From: Sulfurimonas sp.
GTDB lineage: Bacteria > Campylobacterota > Campylobacteria > Campylobacterales > Sulfurimonadaceae
DNA: 64,000 nt
Direction: 5' to 3'
Assembly (NCBI GenBank): GCA_028689055.1
Contig: JAQTWZ010000001.1
Span: 106,786-170,785 of the forward strand
The position numbers and the translations under genes are program-made. Shown in pieces: positions 48,192 to 58,067 of this stretch. The notes under the pieces were generated by a model. The model saw only the letters and a program-made list of their open reading frames with translations. It was not told the origin of the DNA and made no database searches. How positions within the stretch are numbered: position 1 is the first letter of the stretch; each line of letters opens with the position of its first letter.

Positions 48192-49454
48192 GTGAATAAA
48201 AATCTAGTTAATAAGATACTTATTACGATTGGGTTTTTATTTATCTACCGCCTACTGGCTTATGTGCCAGTCCCAGGCGTAGATACTGCTGTTATAGCTT
48301 CATTCTTTGATTCACATCAATCAGACGCATTAGGTCTATTTAATATGTTCAGCGGAAACGCTGTCGAGAGACTTTCAATCATTTCCCTAGGCATCATGCC
48401 GTATATCACCGCCTCAATTATTATGGAGCTTTTAGCTGCAACATTTCCAACTCTTGGTCAAATGAAAAAAGAACGTGATGGTATGGTGAAATATATGCAA
48501 ATAATTCGTTATGCGACTATCGTTATAACAGTTATTCAAGCAATAGGTGTAAGTGTTGGGCTTCAAAGTTTAACAGGACCAAGCGGCAATAGCGCTATTT
48601 TAGCCGATCATAATACATTTATAATGCTTGCTGCTATCTCTATGCTTGCAGGAACAATGTTACTTATGTGGATAGGGGAACAGATCACACAAAGCGGTAT
48701 AGGCAATGGTATCTCACTGATAATCTTTGCTGGAATCGTTTCTGCAATCCCTAGTGCTATAGGACAAACTGTTACAATGGTAAATACGGGAGCTATGGGC
48801 TTTCTTACTGTTATAGCAATTCTTGCTCTCATTTTTGCTACTGTTGCTGTGATTATATATGTTGAACTTGGTGAGCGTCGTATTCCTGTTACATATGCGA
48901 AGAAGACTATGATGCAAAATCAAAATAAAAGAGTGATGAATTACATCCCTATCAAAGTAAACTTAGCCGGTGTTATTCCTGTTATCTTTGCATCTGCGAT
49001 ATTGATGTTTCCTATGACGGTTTTATCAAGTAGTACAAACCCTACAATTGTGGCAATTGCTGACTTGTTAAATCCTAACGGATATTTCTTTCAGTTTTTA
49101 ACATTTGCTTTTGTTGTGTTCTTTGCGTTTTTCTATGCATCGATTACATTTAATGCAAAAGATATCTCGGATAATTTAAAACGCCAAGGTGGATTTATTC
49201 CTGGTATTCGTACAGGTGATGCTACAAGAGAGTTTCTAAATGAAACTGCAAGTAGATTAACTTTTACAGGCGCTATTTATCTCGGTCTTGTAGCTACACT
49301 TCCATTTATGATTATTCATGGTATGGGTGTTGGTTTCTTCTTCGGGGGTACTGCAGTTTTGATTGTTGTTCAGGTTGCACTTGATACAATGAGAAAAATT
49401 GAGGCTCAGATCTACATGAGCAAATACGAAACACTAAGTGCGGTTGGTCTATAA
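48192..49454 (+). CDS. secY: Preprotein translocase subunit SecY
   Basis: GTG start, 10-TM protein. FNMFSGNAVERLSIISLGIMPYITASIIMELL. Confidence 0.97.
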   Translation: MNKNLVNKILITIGFLFIYRLLAYVPVPGVDTAVIASFFDSHQSDALGLFNMFSGNAVERLSIISLGIMPYITASIIMELLAATFPTLGQMKKERDGMVKYMQIIRYATIVITVIQAIGVSVGLQSLTGPSGNSAILADHNTFIMLAAISMLAGTMLLMWIGEQITQSGIGNGISLIIFAGIVSAIPSAIGQTVTMVNTGAMGFLTVIAILALIFATVAVIIYVELGERRIPVTYAKKTMMQNQNKRVMNYIPIKVNLAGVIPVIFASAILMFPMTVLSSSTNPTIVAIADLLNPNGYFFQFLTFAFVVFFAFFYASITFNAKDISDNLKRQGGFIPGIRTGDATREFLNETASRLTFTGAIYLGLVATLPFMIIHGMGVGFFFGGTAVLIVVQVALDTMRKIEAQIYMSKYETLSAVGL

Positions 49455-49456
49455 AA

Positions 49457-50215
49457 ATGGCCATTGCGCTTAGAAAACCTGATGAAATAGAAAAATTAAG
49501 GGCTGCTAACAAAATAGTTGGCGGCACATTAGAACTTCTTCGAGCAAATACAAAAGTCGGTATTTCTTTAAAAGAACTTGATGCTATGGGTGAGGATTAT
49601 ATCCGCGCTCATGGTGCAAAGCCTTCTTTCAAGGGTCTATACGGCTTCCCAAACAGTGTTTGTACTTCACTCAATCAAGTTATCATTCACGGTATTCCAA
49701 CCGACTATAAACTCCAAGAAGGCGATATCATAGGTTATGATGTCGGCACAGAACTTGATGGTTATTTCGGCGATGCTGCTATCACAGTTGCTGTGGGCAG
49801 AGTGAGTGATGAAGATGAGGCTTTGATAGCCTGTGCTAAAGATACCCTTTATCATGCGATTAGTGAGATAAAAGATGGGATGCGATTTAAAGAGCTTTCT
49901 CTGATAATGGAAAACTTTATAAAATCTCGCGGCTTTGTTCCACTTCACAATTTTTGTGGACACGGAATAGGCAAAAAACCTCATGAAGAACCTGAAATAC
50001 CAAACTATCTCAATGGTCAAAATGCAAAATCAGGGCCAAAGATAAAAAACGGAATGGTTTTTTGTCTTGAACCTATGATTTGCCAAAAAAACTCCAAACC
50101 TGTTATTTTAGAAAACAAGTGGGATGTTGTTAGTGCCGACGGTTTACGCGGTTCACATTATGAGCATACTGTTGCAGTTATCAACGGTAAAGCTGAAATT
50201 TTATCTCTTGCTTAA
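49457..50215 (+). CDS. map: Type I methionine aminopeptidase
   Basis: VCTSLNQVIIHGIP...DGYFGD...GHGIGKKPHEEP...EPMI...HYEHTV. Confidence 0.96.
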   Translation: MAIALRKPDEIEKLRAANKIVGGTLELLRANTKVGISLKELDAMGEDYIRAHGAKPSFKGLYGFPNSVCTSLNQVIIHGIPTDYKLQEGDIIGYDVGTELDGYFGDAAITVAVGRVSDEDEALIACAKDTLYHAISEIKDGMRFKELSLIMENFIKSRGFVPLHNFCGHGIGKKPHEEPEIPNYLNGQNAKSGPKIKNGMVFCLEPMICQKNSKPVILENKWDVVSADGLRGSHYEHTVAVINGKAEILSLA

Positions 50216-50236
50216 GAGTTATTTGAAGGACTAAGA

Positions 50237-50455
50237 ATGGCTAAATCAGATGTTATCGAAGTAGATGGTAAGATTATTGAAGCTTTACCAAACGCAACAT
50301 TTCGTGTAGAGTTAGAAAACGGACATATTATTTTATGTCATATCGCAGGTAAAATGCGTATGAACTATATCAAAATATTACCAGGCGACAAAGTTAAACT
50401 TGAGCTAACTCCATACTCACTTGACAAAGGTCGTATCACTTATAGATACAAATAG
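50237..50455 (+). CDS. infA: Translation initiation factor IF-1
   Basis: [41 protein letters not shown]. Confidence 0.97.
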   Translation: MAKSDVIEVDGKIIEALPNATFRVELENGHIILCHIAGKMRMNYIKILPGDKVKLELTPYSLDKGRITYRYK

Positions 50456-50458
50456 ACT

Positions 50459-50480
50459 CAAAAGGGCTTGTGCCTTTTTG
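50459..50480. terminator. Bidirectional rho-independent terminator hairpin between convergent infA and chorismate mutase
   Basis: CAAAAGGGC-TTGT-GCCTTTTTG. It forms a 9-bp stem (one G-T wobble) with A-run/T-run arms and starts 4 nt after the infA stop. Confidence 0.7.
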
Positions 50481-50491
50481 AATACTGCGTT

Positions 50492-50785
50492 TTAAAACTT
50501 ACCCGAATTCCTAAACTCTGCAATTTCCAATTCAACCATATCATTTATCATTATTGTAAAGAGTTCTGATATCATATTTGGTGAAACACCAAGTTCGATG
50601 GCTTTGTGACGAACTTTTTGAACTATAAAGTCCATTCGGTCATCTGCCTTGACTTCATCGATACTGTTTTTAAAAGAAGCTGCTTGACGAACAAGATGAC
50701 TTCGTTCTGAAATAAGCTCCACAAGTTGTGAATCGATTTTGTCTATCTCTTGTCTGACTTCTATCAGTGAATTACATTTTTTCAT
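50492..50785 (-). CDS. Chorismate mutase (AroQ/type II, small monofunctional)
   Basis: 97 aa. LIEVRQEIDKIDSQLVELISERSHLVRQAASFK. Confidence 0.75.
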   Translation of the reverse strand: MKKCNSLIEVRQEIDKIDSQLVELISERSHLVRQAASFKNSIDEVKADDRMDFIVQKVRHKAIELGVSPNMISELFTIMINDMVELEIAEFRNSGKF

Positions 50786-50794
50786 ATTTACTCC

Positions 50795-51220
50795 TTAAAG
50801 TGCTTGCGCTAAAAATGGATTATCAGCTATTTCTATAGCTTTTCTGCCTGCTTCGGATACTAAAGCATATTGATGTAACAAATACGCTGATTGCTTAAGT
50901 TTTTCTGCTATATGTTTATCGACGGCTTCTAAATCATAATTATATGCTATTCCAAGAGCATCTTCATTTAATTCAAATAAATTTTTTAAGTCTCTATGGA
51001 TACTTACAATTTGCTCCATAATGGATAAGCTCTTATTTCGAGCATCTAAAAACGCAGGAGATTTTTGTGCATAGACACGCATATCGTCTGGGGCTATAGA
51101 AGACATTTGATTGAAGAGTTCGTCATACTCCTCACATCTTGCAGTAAAATTTTGAGATAAAACAAAATTTGCGATTTTAGCCTGAAATTTTGGGTATTCG
51201 TTTGAGAATTTTTCTTTCAT
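50795..51220 (-). CDS. Hypothetical protein
   Basis: 141-aa ORF lying 9 nt upstream of chorismate mutase. No motif recognised. Confidence 0.5.
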   Translation of the reverse strand: MKEKFSNEYPKFQAKIANFVLSQNFTARCEEYDELFNQMSSIAPDDMRVYAQKSPAFLDARNKSLSIMEQIVSIHRDLKNLFELNEDALGIAYNYDLEAVDKHIAEKLKQSAYLLHQYALVSEAGRKAIEIADNPFLAQAL

Positions 51221-51521
51221 AATCTACCTGTAGTTATATGTATTTTGTATGGTAACTAAAAAGAGATAATAAATCTGTTAACGCTTTTGTAACTATTGGA
51301 ATATATAATACTACTCACGATTCTCCTGTATATGCTTATGCTGATTCCATGAGCAAATACTAAACCTTCTCGATTTCGGTTGAGAAGGTTTACCTTTCTA
51401 TATCTTTATTTATCCATGCCAAATAACCTACCCCAATCACAAGAATAGTAAACATAACCACCCATATAAAAAAATCTCCACCACTTGCAGCTTTATCAAT
51501 TGTTTCATTCATTTTTTCTAC

Positions 51522-52739
51522 TTAAAACTTTGCGTTTGGAATAGGGTAGTTTTCTATCACAAAATCGATATCTTTATCGCCGCGTCCACTTAGGTTGACT
51601 AAGATAGTTTTATCTTTTGGTAGCGTTTTCGCAAGTTTCATGGCAAACGCAACTGCATGAGCAGATTCTAAGGCCGGGATAATACCTTCAAGCTGAGAAA
51701 GTTTATAAAACGCATCGACGGCTTCTTCATCATTACTCAGACCGATTTGTGTTCTTCCTGTCTCTTTGAGATAGGCATGTTCAGGCCCGACAGATGGATA
51801 GTCTATTCCAGAACCGATAGAATAAACAGGAGCAGGTTCACCATTTGCATCTTTGAGCATGATGGAGTTAAATCCGTGCATCACACCTTCACTGCCGTAG
51901 GTGAGCGTCGCCGCATGATCTCCGAGTTTATCTCCTCTTCCCATAGGCTCAACGCCGTAAAGCGCTACTTCTTTATCGTCTATAAACGCAGAGAAGATAC
52001 CCATTGCGTTTGAGCCGCCGCCTACGCAGGCGATGATATTGTCGGGGAGATTTTCTTCATGTTCCAAAAACTGCTCTTTGGCTTCAAAACCTATAACCGA
52101 CTGAAAATCTCGTACCATCATCGGAAATGGATGTGGTCCTACGACGGAACCTATACAGTAGATAGCTTCATCCGCTTGCGGTACATAACTCTCAAACGCA
52201 GAGTCCACCGCCTCTTTAAGTGTTTTGAGACCGTGAGTCGCAGGGATAACTTTAGCACCTAATATCTTCATGCGGACAACATTTGGATGTTCTTTTATGA
52301 TATCTACTTCGCCCATGTGTATCTCACATTCAAGTCCAAAATATGCTGCAGCTGTTGCAAGTGCTACGCCGTGTTGTCCGGCACCTGTTTCAGCGATGAC
52401 CTTTTTCTTGCCAAGATGTTTCGCAAGAATAACTTCTGCCATACAGTGGTTGAGTTTGTGCGCTCCGGTGTGATTGAGATCTTCGCGTTTGAGATAGATT
52501 TTTGCACCGCCGCAGTGCTCAGTGAGGTTTTTTGCATAAGAGATAGGAGTTGGACGGCCTTGATAATGCTTACGAACATATTTGAGGTCACTGATAAATT
52601 TGGGTGAGTTTTTAAGCTCCGCGTAGGCTTGTGTGATATCTGCAAAGGGTTTTTCCAAAACAGGAGGAATAAAAGAACCTCCATATTTTCCAAAAAAACC
52701 ATTTGCATCCAGATGTGTTTCAAGATAAGATTTTGGCAC
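51522..52739 (-). CDS. trpB: Tryptophan synthase beta chain (or TrpB-like PLP enzyme), stand-alone
   Basis: [13 protein letters not shown]...[14 protein letters not shown]...[17 protein letters not shown]...GGGSNAMG... Confidence 0.85.
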   Translation of the reverse strand: MPKSYLETHLDANGFFGKYGGSFIPPVLEKPFADITQAYAELKNSPKFISDLKYVRKHYQGRPTPISYAKNLTEHCGGAKIYLKREDLNHTGAHKLNHCMAEVILAKHLGKKKVIAETGAGQHGVALATAAAYFGLECEIHMGEVDIIKEHPNVVRMKILGAKVIPATHGLKTLKEAVDSAFESYVPQADEAIYCIGSVVGPHPFPMMVRDFQSVIGFEAKEQFLEHEENLPDNIIACVGGGSNAMGIFSAFIDDKEVALYGVEPMGRGDKLGDHAATLTYGSEGVMHGFNSIMLKDANGEPAPVYSIGSGIDYPSVGPEHAYLKETGRTQIGLSNDEEAVDAFYKLSQLEGIIPALESAHAVAFAMKLAKTLPKDKTILVNLSGRGDKDIDFVIENYPIPNAKF

Positions 52740-52775
52740 GCTAACTCCCTTTTTTGTTGTTTGGGAATATTATAG

Positions 52776-52982
52776 TTAATTTGGTTTTACAAGTTTCTTT
52801 ATCTCTTTTGGCAGATGTGCAAAAGGGAGTTTAAGCATCCCTTTTTTGACTCCGTTTTCGAGTATATTGACATCGACTGTCATATGTTCAGGATGTAAAC
52901 GCAGGACTTTGTAAACGCAGTTCTTTTCCTTGTAGGAGATGTTTTGTTCTGCAAAATCTATGATTTGTTTTTTTACAGCCAT
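52776..52982 (-). CDS. Hypothetical small protein
   Basis: 68-aa ORF directly downstream of the S1-domain gene. Confidence 0.4.
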   Translation of the reverse strand: MAVKKQIIDFAEQNISYKEKNCVYKVLRLHPEHMTVDVNILENGVKKGMLKLPFAHLPKEIKKLVKPN

Positions 52983-52984
52983 GC

Positions 52985-53896
52985 TTAGTCTCGTAGGTAG
53001 ATGCCGCTATCTTTGACATCAATTTTTTCATCATCCACGAGAGTAGTGAGCGCACGTTTAAAATCTTTTTTGCTCAGTCCAAATACATCTTTGATAAGCT
53101 CGGCATCACTTTTATAGTTGTATGGCATGATGCCTTTATTTTCTTGTAAAAGTTCAAGAACTTTCTCAGCAGAACCGCCACTTTTTTTGCTTCCCGGTTT
53201 GCGAAGAACAAGGTCGATATTGCCGTCTTTGCGTATAGTTTTGACATAGGCTGATTTTTCATCACAGAGATTGATACTTTCAAAGATCTCAGTGTGGTAG
53301 ATAAGCCCTTCGTACTTGCCGTTGACGATACATTTAAATCCCAGCGGCGTTTCTGAAATAACAAGGATTTTGACTTCGTCGTTTACCTTTAGGTCTCTTA
53401 CGCGGCGTTGGAAAAACTCACCTAGTTTTTCCGTCCCGACAAGGCGGTGGGTGCGATCATCATAGATGACTTTGAGAAATCTTTTTTCTCCGACTTTAAA
53501 AGGTGTTTTTTGAAACATGTTTGGCACAAACAAATCCTTTGCAAGTCCCCATTTCATAAACGCTCCAAAAGGAGCAGTGTCCACGACCTCAAAAATCGCA
53601 TATTCATCAAGCATTGCCGTAGGCGTGAGGGTTGTGGCTATAAGTCTGTCTTCTGAGTCTGTATATAAAAAGACATCGATAAGTGAGTCTTCCACCATCG
53701 CTTCTGTTACATAAGATTGCGGTAAAAGGACATCTCTGCCATCATGAGCCATAAGAAATACACCGTGTGGCGTATGTCTATCAACTCTAAGTGTATTAAT
53801 ATATCCCAATTCTAAGTATTCACTTTGTTTCATTTTTTTCCTTGCGTTATTCCGTATTTTAGTTATCGTGCTTGGGACACGATCTAAGTGCGACAT
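52985..53896 (-). CDS. S1-like RNA-binding protein (CvfB/YitL family)
   Basis: About 300 aa with repeated S1/OB-like segments and a C-terminal winged-helix-like tail (LSKKDFKRALTTLVDDEKI). Confidence 0.7.
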   Translation of the reverse strand: MSHLDRVPSTITKIRNNARKKMKQSEYLELGYINTLRVDRHTPHGVFLMAHDGRDVLLPQSYVTEAMVEDSLIDVFLYTDSEDRLIATTLTPTAMLDEYAIFEVVDTAPFGAFMKWGLAKDLFVPNMFQKTPFKVGEKRFLKVIYDDRTHRLVGTEKLGEFFQRRVRDLKVNDEVKILVISETPLGFKCIVNGKYEGLIYHTEIFESINLCDEKSAYVKTIRKDGNIDLVLRKPGSKKSGGSAEKVLELLQENKGIMPYNYKSDAELIKDVFGLSKKDFKRALTTLVDDEKIDVKDSGIYLRD

Positions 53897-54043
53897 TATA
53901 GCTGTTTATCATGACAACTGCGTTTAGCTCTATTGTTGGAAAATTGTATCGTATCTTAAAAGATTTTTCTCTCCTACACTACTCAGTAAAGTCCAAGCAC
54001 ATTCGGATATTATTGCAAAAATAATAGAACAAAAGGAAATAAT

Positions 54044-54286
54044 ATGTTTAAAATAGTAGTAGAAAAAGAGTGCGGATGTTTCAAAAGAAGTGATCTTCAA
54101 AACAATATAGCGATGCCTTCAAAAGACGAAGCATTGACAAAAACTCTTGAGATGCGTGATCACATGAACGATGAGTTTTGTGGTAAACACCAGTTTAAAG
54201 TTCAAGAAGTAGGTGATACTTTTGTTATCGCAATGAGTGATTCTACAAGCAATGGCTGTTGTGGCGGGGGATGTGGTTCTCACTAA
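54044..54286 (+). CDS. Small protein with a Cys/Gly-rich C-terminal tail
   Basis: 80 aa ending NGCCGGGCGSH. AAGGAAA precedes the ATG. Confidence 0.5.
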   Translation: MFKIVVEKECGCFKRSDLQNNIAMPSKDEALTKTLEMRDHMNDEFCGKHQFKVQEVGDTFVIAMSDSTSNGCCGGGCGSH

Positions 54287-54413
54287 TCCTCTTCTTGTAT
54301 TTTTGACGAATTAATAAATATCTTGATTTAATTAATTCGTCAGTTAACATAATATATACTTCTCAAACGTATAACTTGTAATGATTTTATTATAAGTTCT
54401 CAGGAGATATATT

Positions 54414-55376
54414 ATGGAACTTCAATCAAGGTCACTTGAACACTTCCCGATTCAACTTTTCGCCGTCATTATGGGACTCTCAGGTCTTTCAATAGTTTTT
54501 GCAAAAGCTTATCACATACTTAATATGCCTTATACAATATACCTTACACTGCTTGGTATTGATACTGTTTTGTTTTTTGGTATTTTTATTACTTATATGA
54601 TGAAATGGCTTTATTATCCAAACGCGGTCAAAAAAGAGTTTTATCATCCTATAAAAAGTTCGTTTATGGCGGCGATATCTATTAGCTTTTTATTGGTCTC
54701 CATCGCTTATTATGATTTTGCACCGAGTGTTTCGATACTTTTTTGGTATATCGGTACGCCCTTACAGCTTTTTTTTACACTGATTATTATGCGCTACTGG
54801 ATACGTAATGAGCTTCAGGTGGTTCATAGTAATCCTGCTTGGTTTATTCCGATAGTAGGCAATGTTTTGGTTCCGGTCGTCGGAGTGGATGCTGCTCCTA
54901 TTTATGTCTCTCTTTTCTTTTTTGCGCTTGGAATGTTTTTTTGGATTGTTCTTTTTACGGTGATGTTATACCGTATCATCTTCCATCATCCATTGGCAAA
55001 AAAACTTGTACCGACTTTTTTTATCTTTATAGCACCTCCTGCAGTAGGTTTTATAAGTTATTTTCGTATCACAAACGGCAGTCTTGATATGATGAGTCTT
55101 TCGCTCTATTTTATAGCGCTCTTTACATTGCTGCTTCTGCTTTTTATGATGAGGATGTATGACACAAAAGAGTTTTTTATCTCTTGGTGGGCATATACTT
55201 TTCCCCTTGCAGCGGTAACGATAGCAACACTTTTTTTGCATATGGTATTGGAAAATACACTTACCTATTTGGGTTCAGTGGCACTTATTACACTTACATC
55301 AGTTGTCGTTGCGTTTGTGACATATAAAACGCTCGAAGCGAGCAAAAACACAAAAATTTGTATATCAGAGGAGTAA
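54414..55376 (+). CDS. TehA/Mae1/SLAC1-family (TDT) anion transporter
   Basis: About 10 TM helices. N-terminal HFPIQLFAVIMGLSGLS and WFIPIVGNVLVP are typical of the family. Confidence 0.72.
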   Translation: MELQSRSLEHFPIQLFAVIMGLSGLSIVFAKAYHILNMPYTIYLTLLGIDTVLFFGIFITYMMKWLYYPNAVKKEFYHPIKSSFMAAISISFLLVSIAYYDFAPSVSILFWYIGTPLQLFFTLIIMRYWIRNELQVVHSNPAWFIPIVGNVLVPVVGVDAAPIYVSLFFFALGMFFWIVLFTVMLYRIIFHHPLAKKLVPTFFIFIAPPAVGFISYFRITNGSLDMMSLSLYFIALFTLLLLLFMMRMYDTKEFFISWWAYTFPLAAVTIATLFLHMVLENTLTYLGSVALITLTSVVVAFVTYKTLEASKNTKICISEE

Positions 55377-55378
55377 AC

Positions 55379-55888
55379 ATGAGCCAAAAATTTGGAATTT
55401 TCATCGGCATAATCTTAGGAATGGTTTTAAGTCTTTTTGTTACGGGTATTGCGCTTAAAGTGGCTGCGCCAAGTATGTTTTTTAAAGAAGTTACTTCTAC
55501 ATACGACTTTGAAAAGACGGTTGCGCTTATAAGTTCTCGTATCAATAAACAAGAAGGTTGGCATGTGACTGAGATTATTGACCAGCAAAAAGAGATCTTA
55601 GACAACGGCGGTGCTGATGTGGGAAAGGTCAAGATTATCAAGTTTTGTAATGCGAAATATGCAGCGCAGATGCTTAGCAAAGATGCAAGTAAATATATGT
55701 CTGTAAAGATGCCTCTGAGTATTTCCGTCTATGAAAAAGACGACGGCAGAGTAAGTATAGGACTGATGAACGGCTATGTGATGGCGCGAATGTTTTCAGG
55801 TTCTTATGAAGCTGAAGTGATGGAAAAAGTCATCAAAGATACAGAAGATATTTTGGGATTTTTACACTTTAGATACAGTTTATTTTAA
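55379..55888 (+). CDS. DUF302-domain protein with an N-terminal TM anchor
   Basis: The ATG at 55379 follows AGGAG. KIIKFCNAKYAAQML...MPLSISVYE. Confidence 0.65.
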   Translation: MSQKFGIFIGIILGMVLSLFVTGIALKVAAPSMFFKEVTSTYDFEKTVALISSRINKQEGWHVTEIIDQQKEILDNGGADVGKVKIIKFCNAKYAAQMLSKDASKYMSVKMPLSISVYEKDDGRVSIGLMNGYVMARMFSGSYEAEVMEKVIKDTEDILGFLHFRYSLF

Positions 55889-55932
55889 AAAAAAGATTTG
55901 GGAATATTTTTTGCTATTTTCGTTTATCACAC

Positions 55933-56187
55933 ATGAGCGGGAAAAATATGATACTTTTTAAAAACACAAAAGAGAGAGTGAACTACTATAAAATCGACAT
56001 CTATCCGACACTCTTTGGAGACTATCTCATCCAAAGAGAGTACGGCGCCATCCATCATAAAGCCCCGACAAACATCATCAAAGAGTATGCAGACACGCAC
56101 AAAGAAGCTCTTTTACATATCCTCAACCTTGCCGTGGATAAAAAAAGTCTCGGTTATCTACGCATCAATAAACACGGAGTTTGCTAG
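55933..56187 (+). CDS. WGR-domain protein
   Basis: VNYYKIDIYPTLFGDYLIQREYGAI...KKSLGYLRI. Confidence 0.65.
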   Translation: MSGKNMILFKNTKERVNYYKIDIYPTLFGDYLIQREYGAIHHKAPTNIIKEYADTHKEALLHILNLAVDKKSLGYLRINKHGVC

Positions 56188-56227
56188 AAAAAACATCCCT
56201 GATGCGATAGCAAGATAGAATGTTTCG

Positions 56228-57256
56228 CTAAGTATCGAGCAGAACATGCACCCTATCTCGTCCTGCTTCTTTGGCATTATAAAGTGCCATGTCGGCTCTG
56301 TCAAAAAGTTTGGCTCCTGTATCATGAGCATGAAGTTGCGCTATACCGATACTGATAGTAATTGAGCCGATTTTTTCAAATTGGCTTGCTTTAATCTCTT
56401 TGCGAAGTCGTTCTGCAAACTCTGTGGCATCTTCCAAGCTTTTATGAATGGAAAAAATAGCAAATTCTTCGCCTCCAATCCTATAAAATTTATCATGTTC
56501 ACGTATGCTTTTTGAGATGATCTCACTCAGCTGCATCAGGACTTTGTCCCCTGTTGCATGACCAAAAGTATCATTTACGGATTTAAAATAGTCTATATCA
56601 ATAATCATAAGATACTGACCGATACTCTTTCTTTGGTTGTCCATTCTTTCAATATCTTCGTTAAAGACATGTCTGTTATAGATTTTTGTGAGTGCATCTT
56701 TATTTGCTTGCTCCAAAAGTTTAGCATCTCTATGGTCGAGTTGTTTGATAAAGTAAAAGATGATACTAAAAACGACTAATAACAATACCAGTAGTGCAGA
56801 AGCAAAAAGTTTAAACATCCTTTGCATTTTTTTTAACTCAGCATCAAGGGGCATTGTCACGGATACAAAGGCACGAATGTCTCCAATATTTTCATAGAAT
56901 CCAGCCTTATCACCATAATATGCCACCAATGATTTGGGTGCTTTTTGCGGGTCACTGTGACATTGCATACACGACTCTACGTTTGTCGCAACAGGCATAG
57001 CATAAAAAATATACTCATTATTGTTGATAACCATGTGCTCATGATGCTTGTCTGTCTTTTTCGCATTGAACTCTTTTAAGATTTGCAGCTCATGAACACT
57101 TGCCTGATTTACTGGATTTCTAGGGTTATTTGAGGCAAATTTGTAGTGTATCTCTTCTATCTTATGTGCAGCTCTTTGTTTGTTATACTCTTGCATAATA
57201 TTTCTTGACATATTAAGTAAAAGAGAGAAGTTTTGGATCAAAAAAATCTTTATCAA
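56228..57256 (-). CDS. Diguanylate cyclase (GGDEF, motif GGEEF) with a haem-c-type (CxxCH) DUF3365-like sensor; 5' end possibly disrupted
   Basis: CMQCHS in the sensor, one TM helix (LFASALLVLLLVVFSIIFYF), and RIGGEEFAIF. See the finding on upstream frame breaks. Confidence 0.8.
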   Translation of the reverse strand: MIKIFLIQNFSLLLNMSRNIMQEYNKQRAAHKIEEIHYKFASNNPRNPVNQASVHELQILKEFNAKKTDKHHEHMVINNNEYIFYAMPVATNVESCMQCHSDPQKAPKSLVAYYGDKAGFYENIGDIRAFVSVTMPLDAELKKMQRMFKLFASALLVLLLVVFSIIFYFIKQLDHRDAKLLEQANKDALTKIYNRHVFNEDIERMDNQRKSIGQYLMIIDIDYFKSVNDTFGHATGDKVLMQLSEIISKSIREHDKFYRIGGEEFAIFSIHKSLEDATEFAERLRKEIKASQFEKIGSITISIGIAQLHAHDTGAKLFDRADMALYNAKEAGRDRVHVLLDT

Positions 57257-57647
57257 TACTGCCTTGATTTTTTAAAGCATATACAACAGGTTTTAGTTGC
57301 TCTTCTACGTAGGTATGAAGCGCTTTATTGTGCCTTGCATCTTTGCCTCGTTTTCTTCAAGCGCATAGTTTTTAAACATCAGATAAGCACTCAAAAGGAC
57401 AACGATATAAACCCCACTCATCAATATAAAAGTCTTCAGTAAAAGTTTTTTATTTTCAACGCTCATGATAAGCCTTTCTATAGTGTGTAGTGCAAAATTA
57501 TATTAACAATGTATGAAATATTTATGAAATGAGATAAAAATAGTAATATATTTAAAATTATTCTTTATTTATATTTCAATTTGCAATATAAATAGACTTT
57601 ATAAATCAAATAGTATATCTTTTTGTATAAAAAAGAGTGGGGTTAGA

Positions 57648-57992
57648 ATGATTTTAGGAAAATGTCCTTATTGTGATGATGGAAATATAGAAGTCAAAGA
57701 AAAAGAAGTCCGTGGCAAAAAAGTCAAGCTGTATGTTTGTACAAACGCAGCATGGACAACACAAGATGGAGAAATGTTTGAACTTACTCCTGATGCTACT
57801 TGCGACTTTAGAATCTGGCAAAACTCTTTGGCAAAGTATGGAAAATGGCTCACATATAAAGAAGTACGAACTTTACTTGAAGAAAAAGTCCTTGAAGTAG
57901 AACTTTTGAGTAAAAAATATGGCAAAAAAATCTATTATGAAAAGAATATAATACTGAGTCAAGAGTATGGGGTCAGCGTGCTTTGGGAATGA
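57648..57992 (+). CDS. Small zinc-ribbon protein resembling a topoisomerase IA C-terminal repeat
   Basis: KCPYCDDG...YVCTN...CDFRIWQNSLAKYGKWLTYKEVRTLLEEKVLEVELLSKKYGKKIY matches my recollection of the Toprim_C_rpt pattern. Confidence 0.45.
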   Translation: MILGKCPYCDDGNIEVKEKEVRGKKVKLYVCTNAAWTTQDGEMFELTPDATCDFRIWQNSLAKYGKWLTYKEVRTLLEEKVLEVELLSKKYGKKIYYEKNIILSQEYGVSVLWE

Positions 57993-58067
57993 GTATATAG
58001 AGGGTATCAGATACTTTTGATATGGATTTTGATATATTTGATAATAAAGAATTTTTTGAGGTGAATC

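Noticed and set aside
51390-51512. 40-aa minus-strand ORF (MNETIDKAASGGDFFIWVVMFTILVIGVGYLAWINKDIER) 10 nt downstream of trpB.
   Set aside because: It could be a single-TM micro-protein, but it is too short to support without conservation or expression data.
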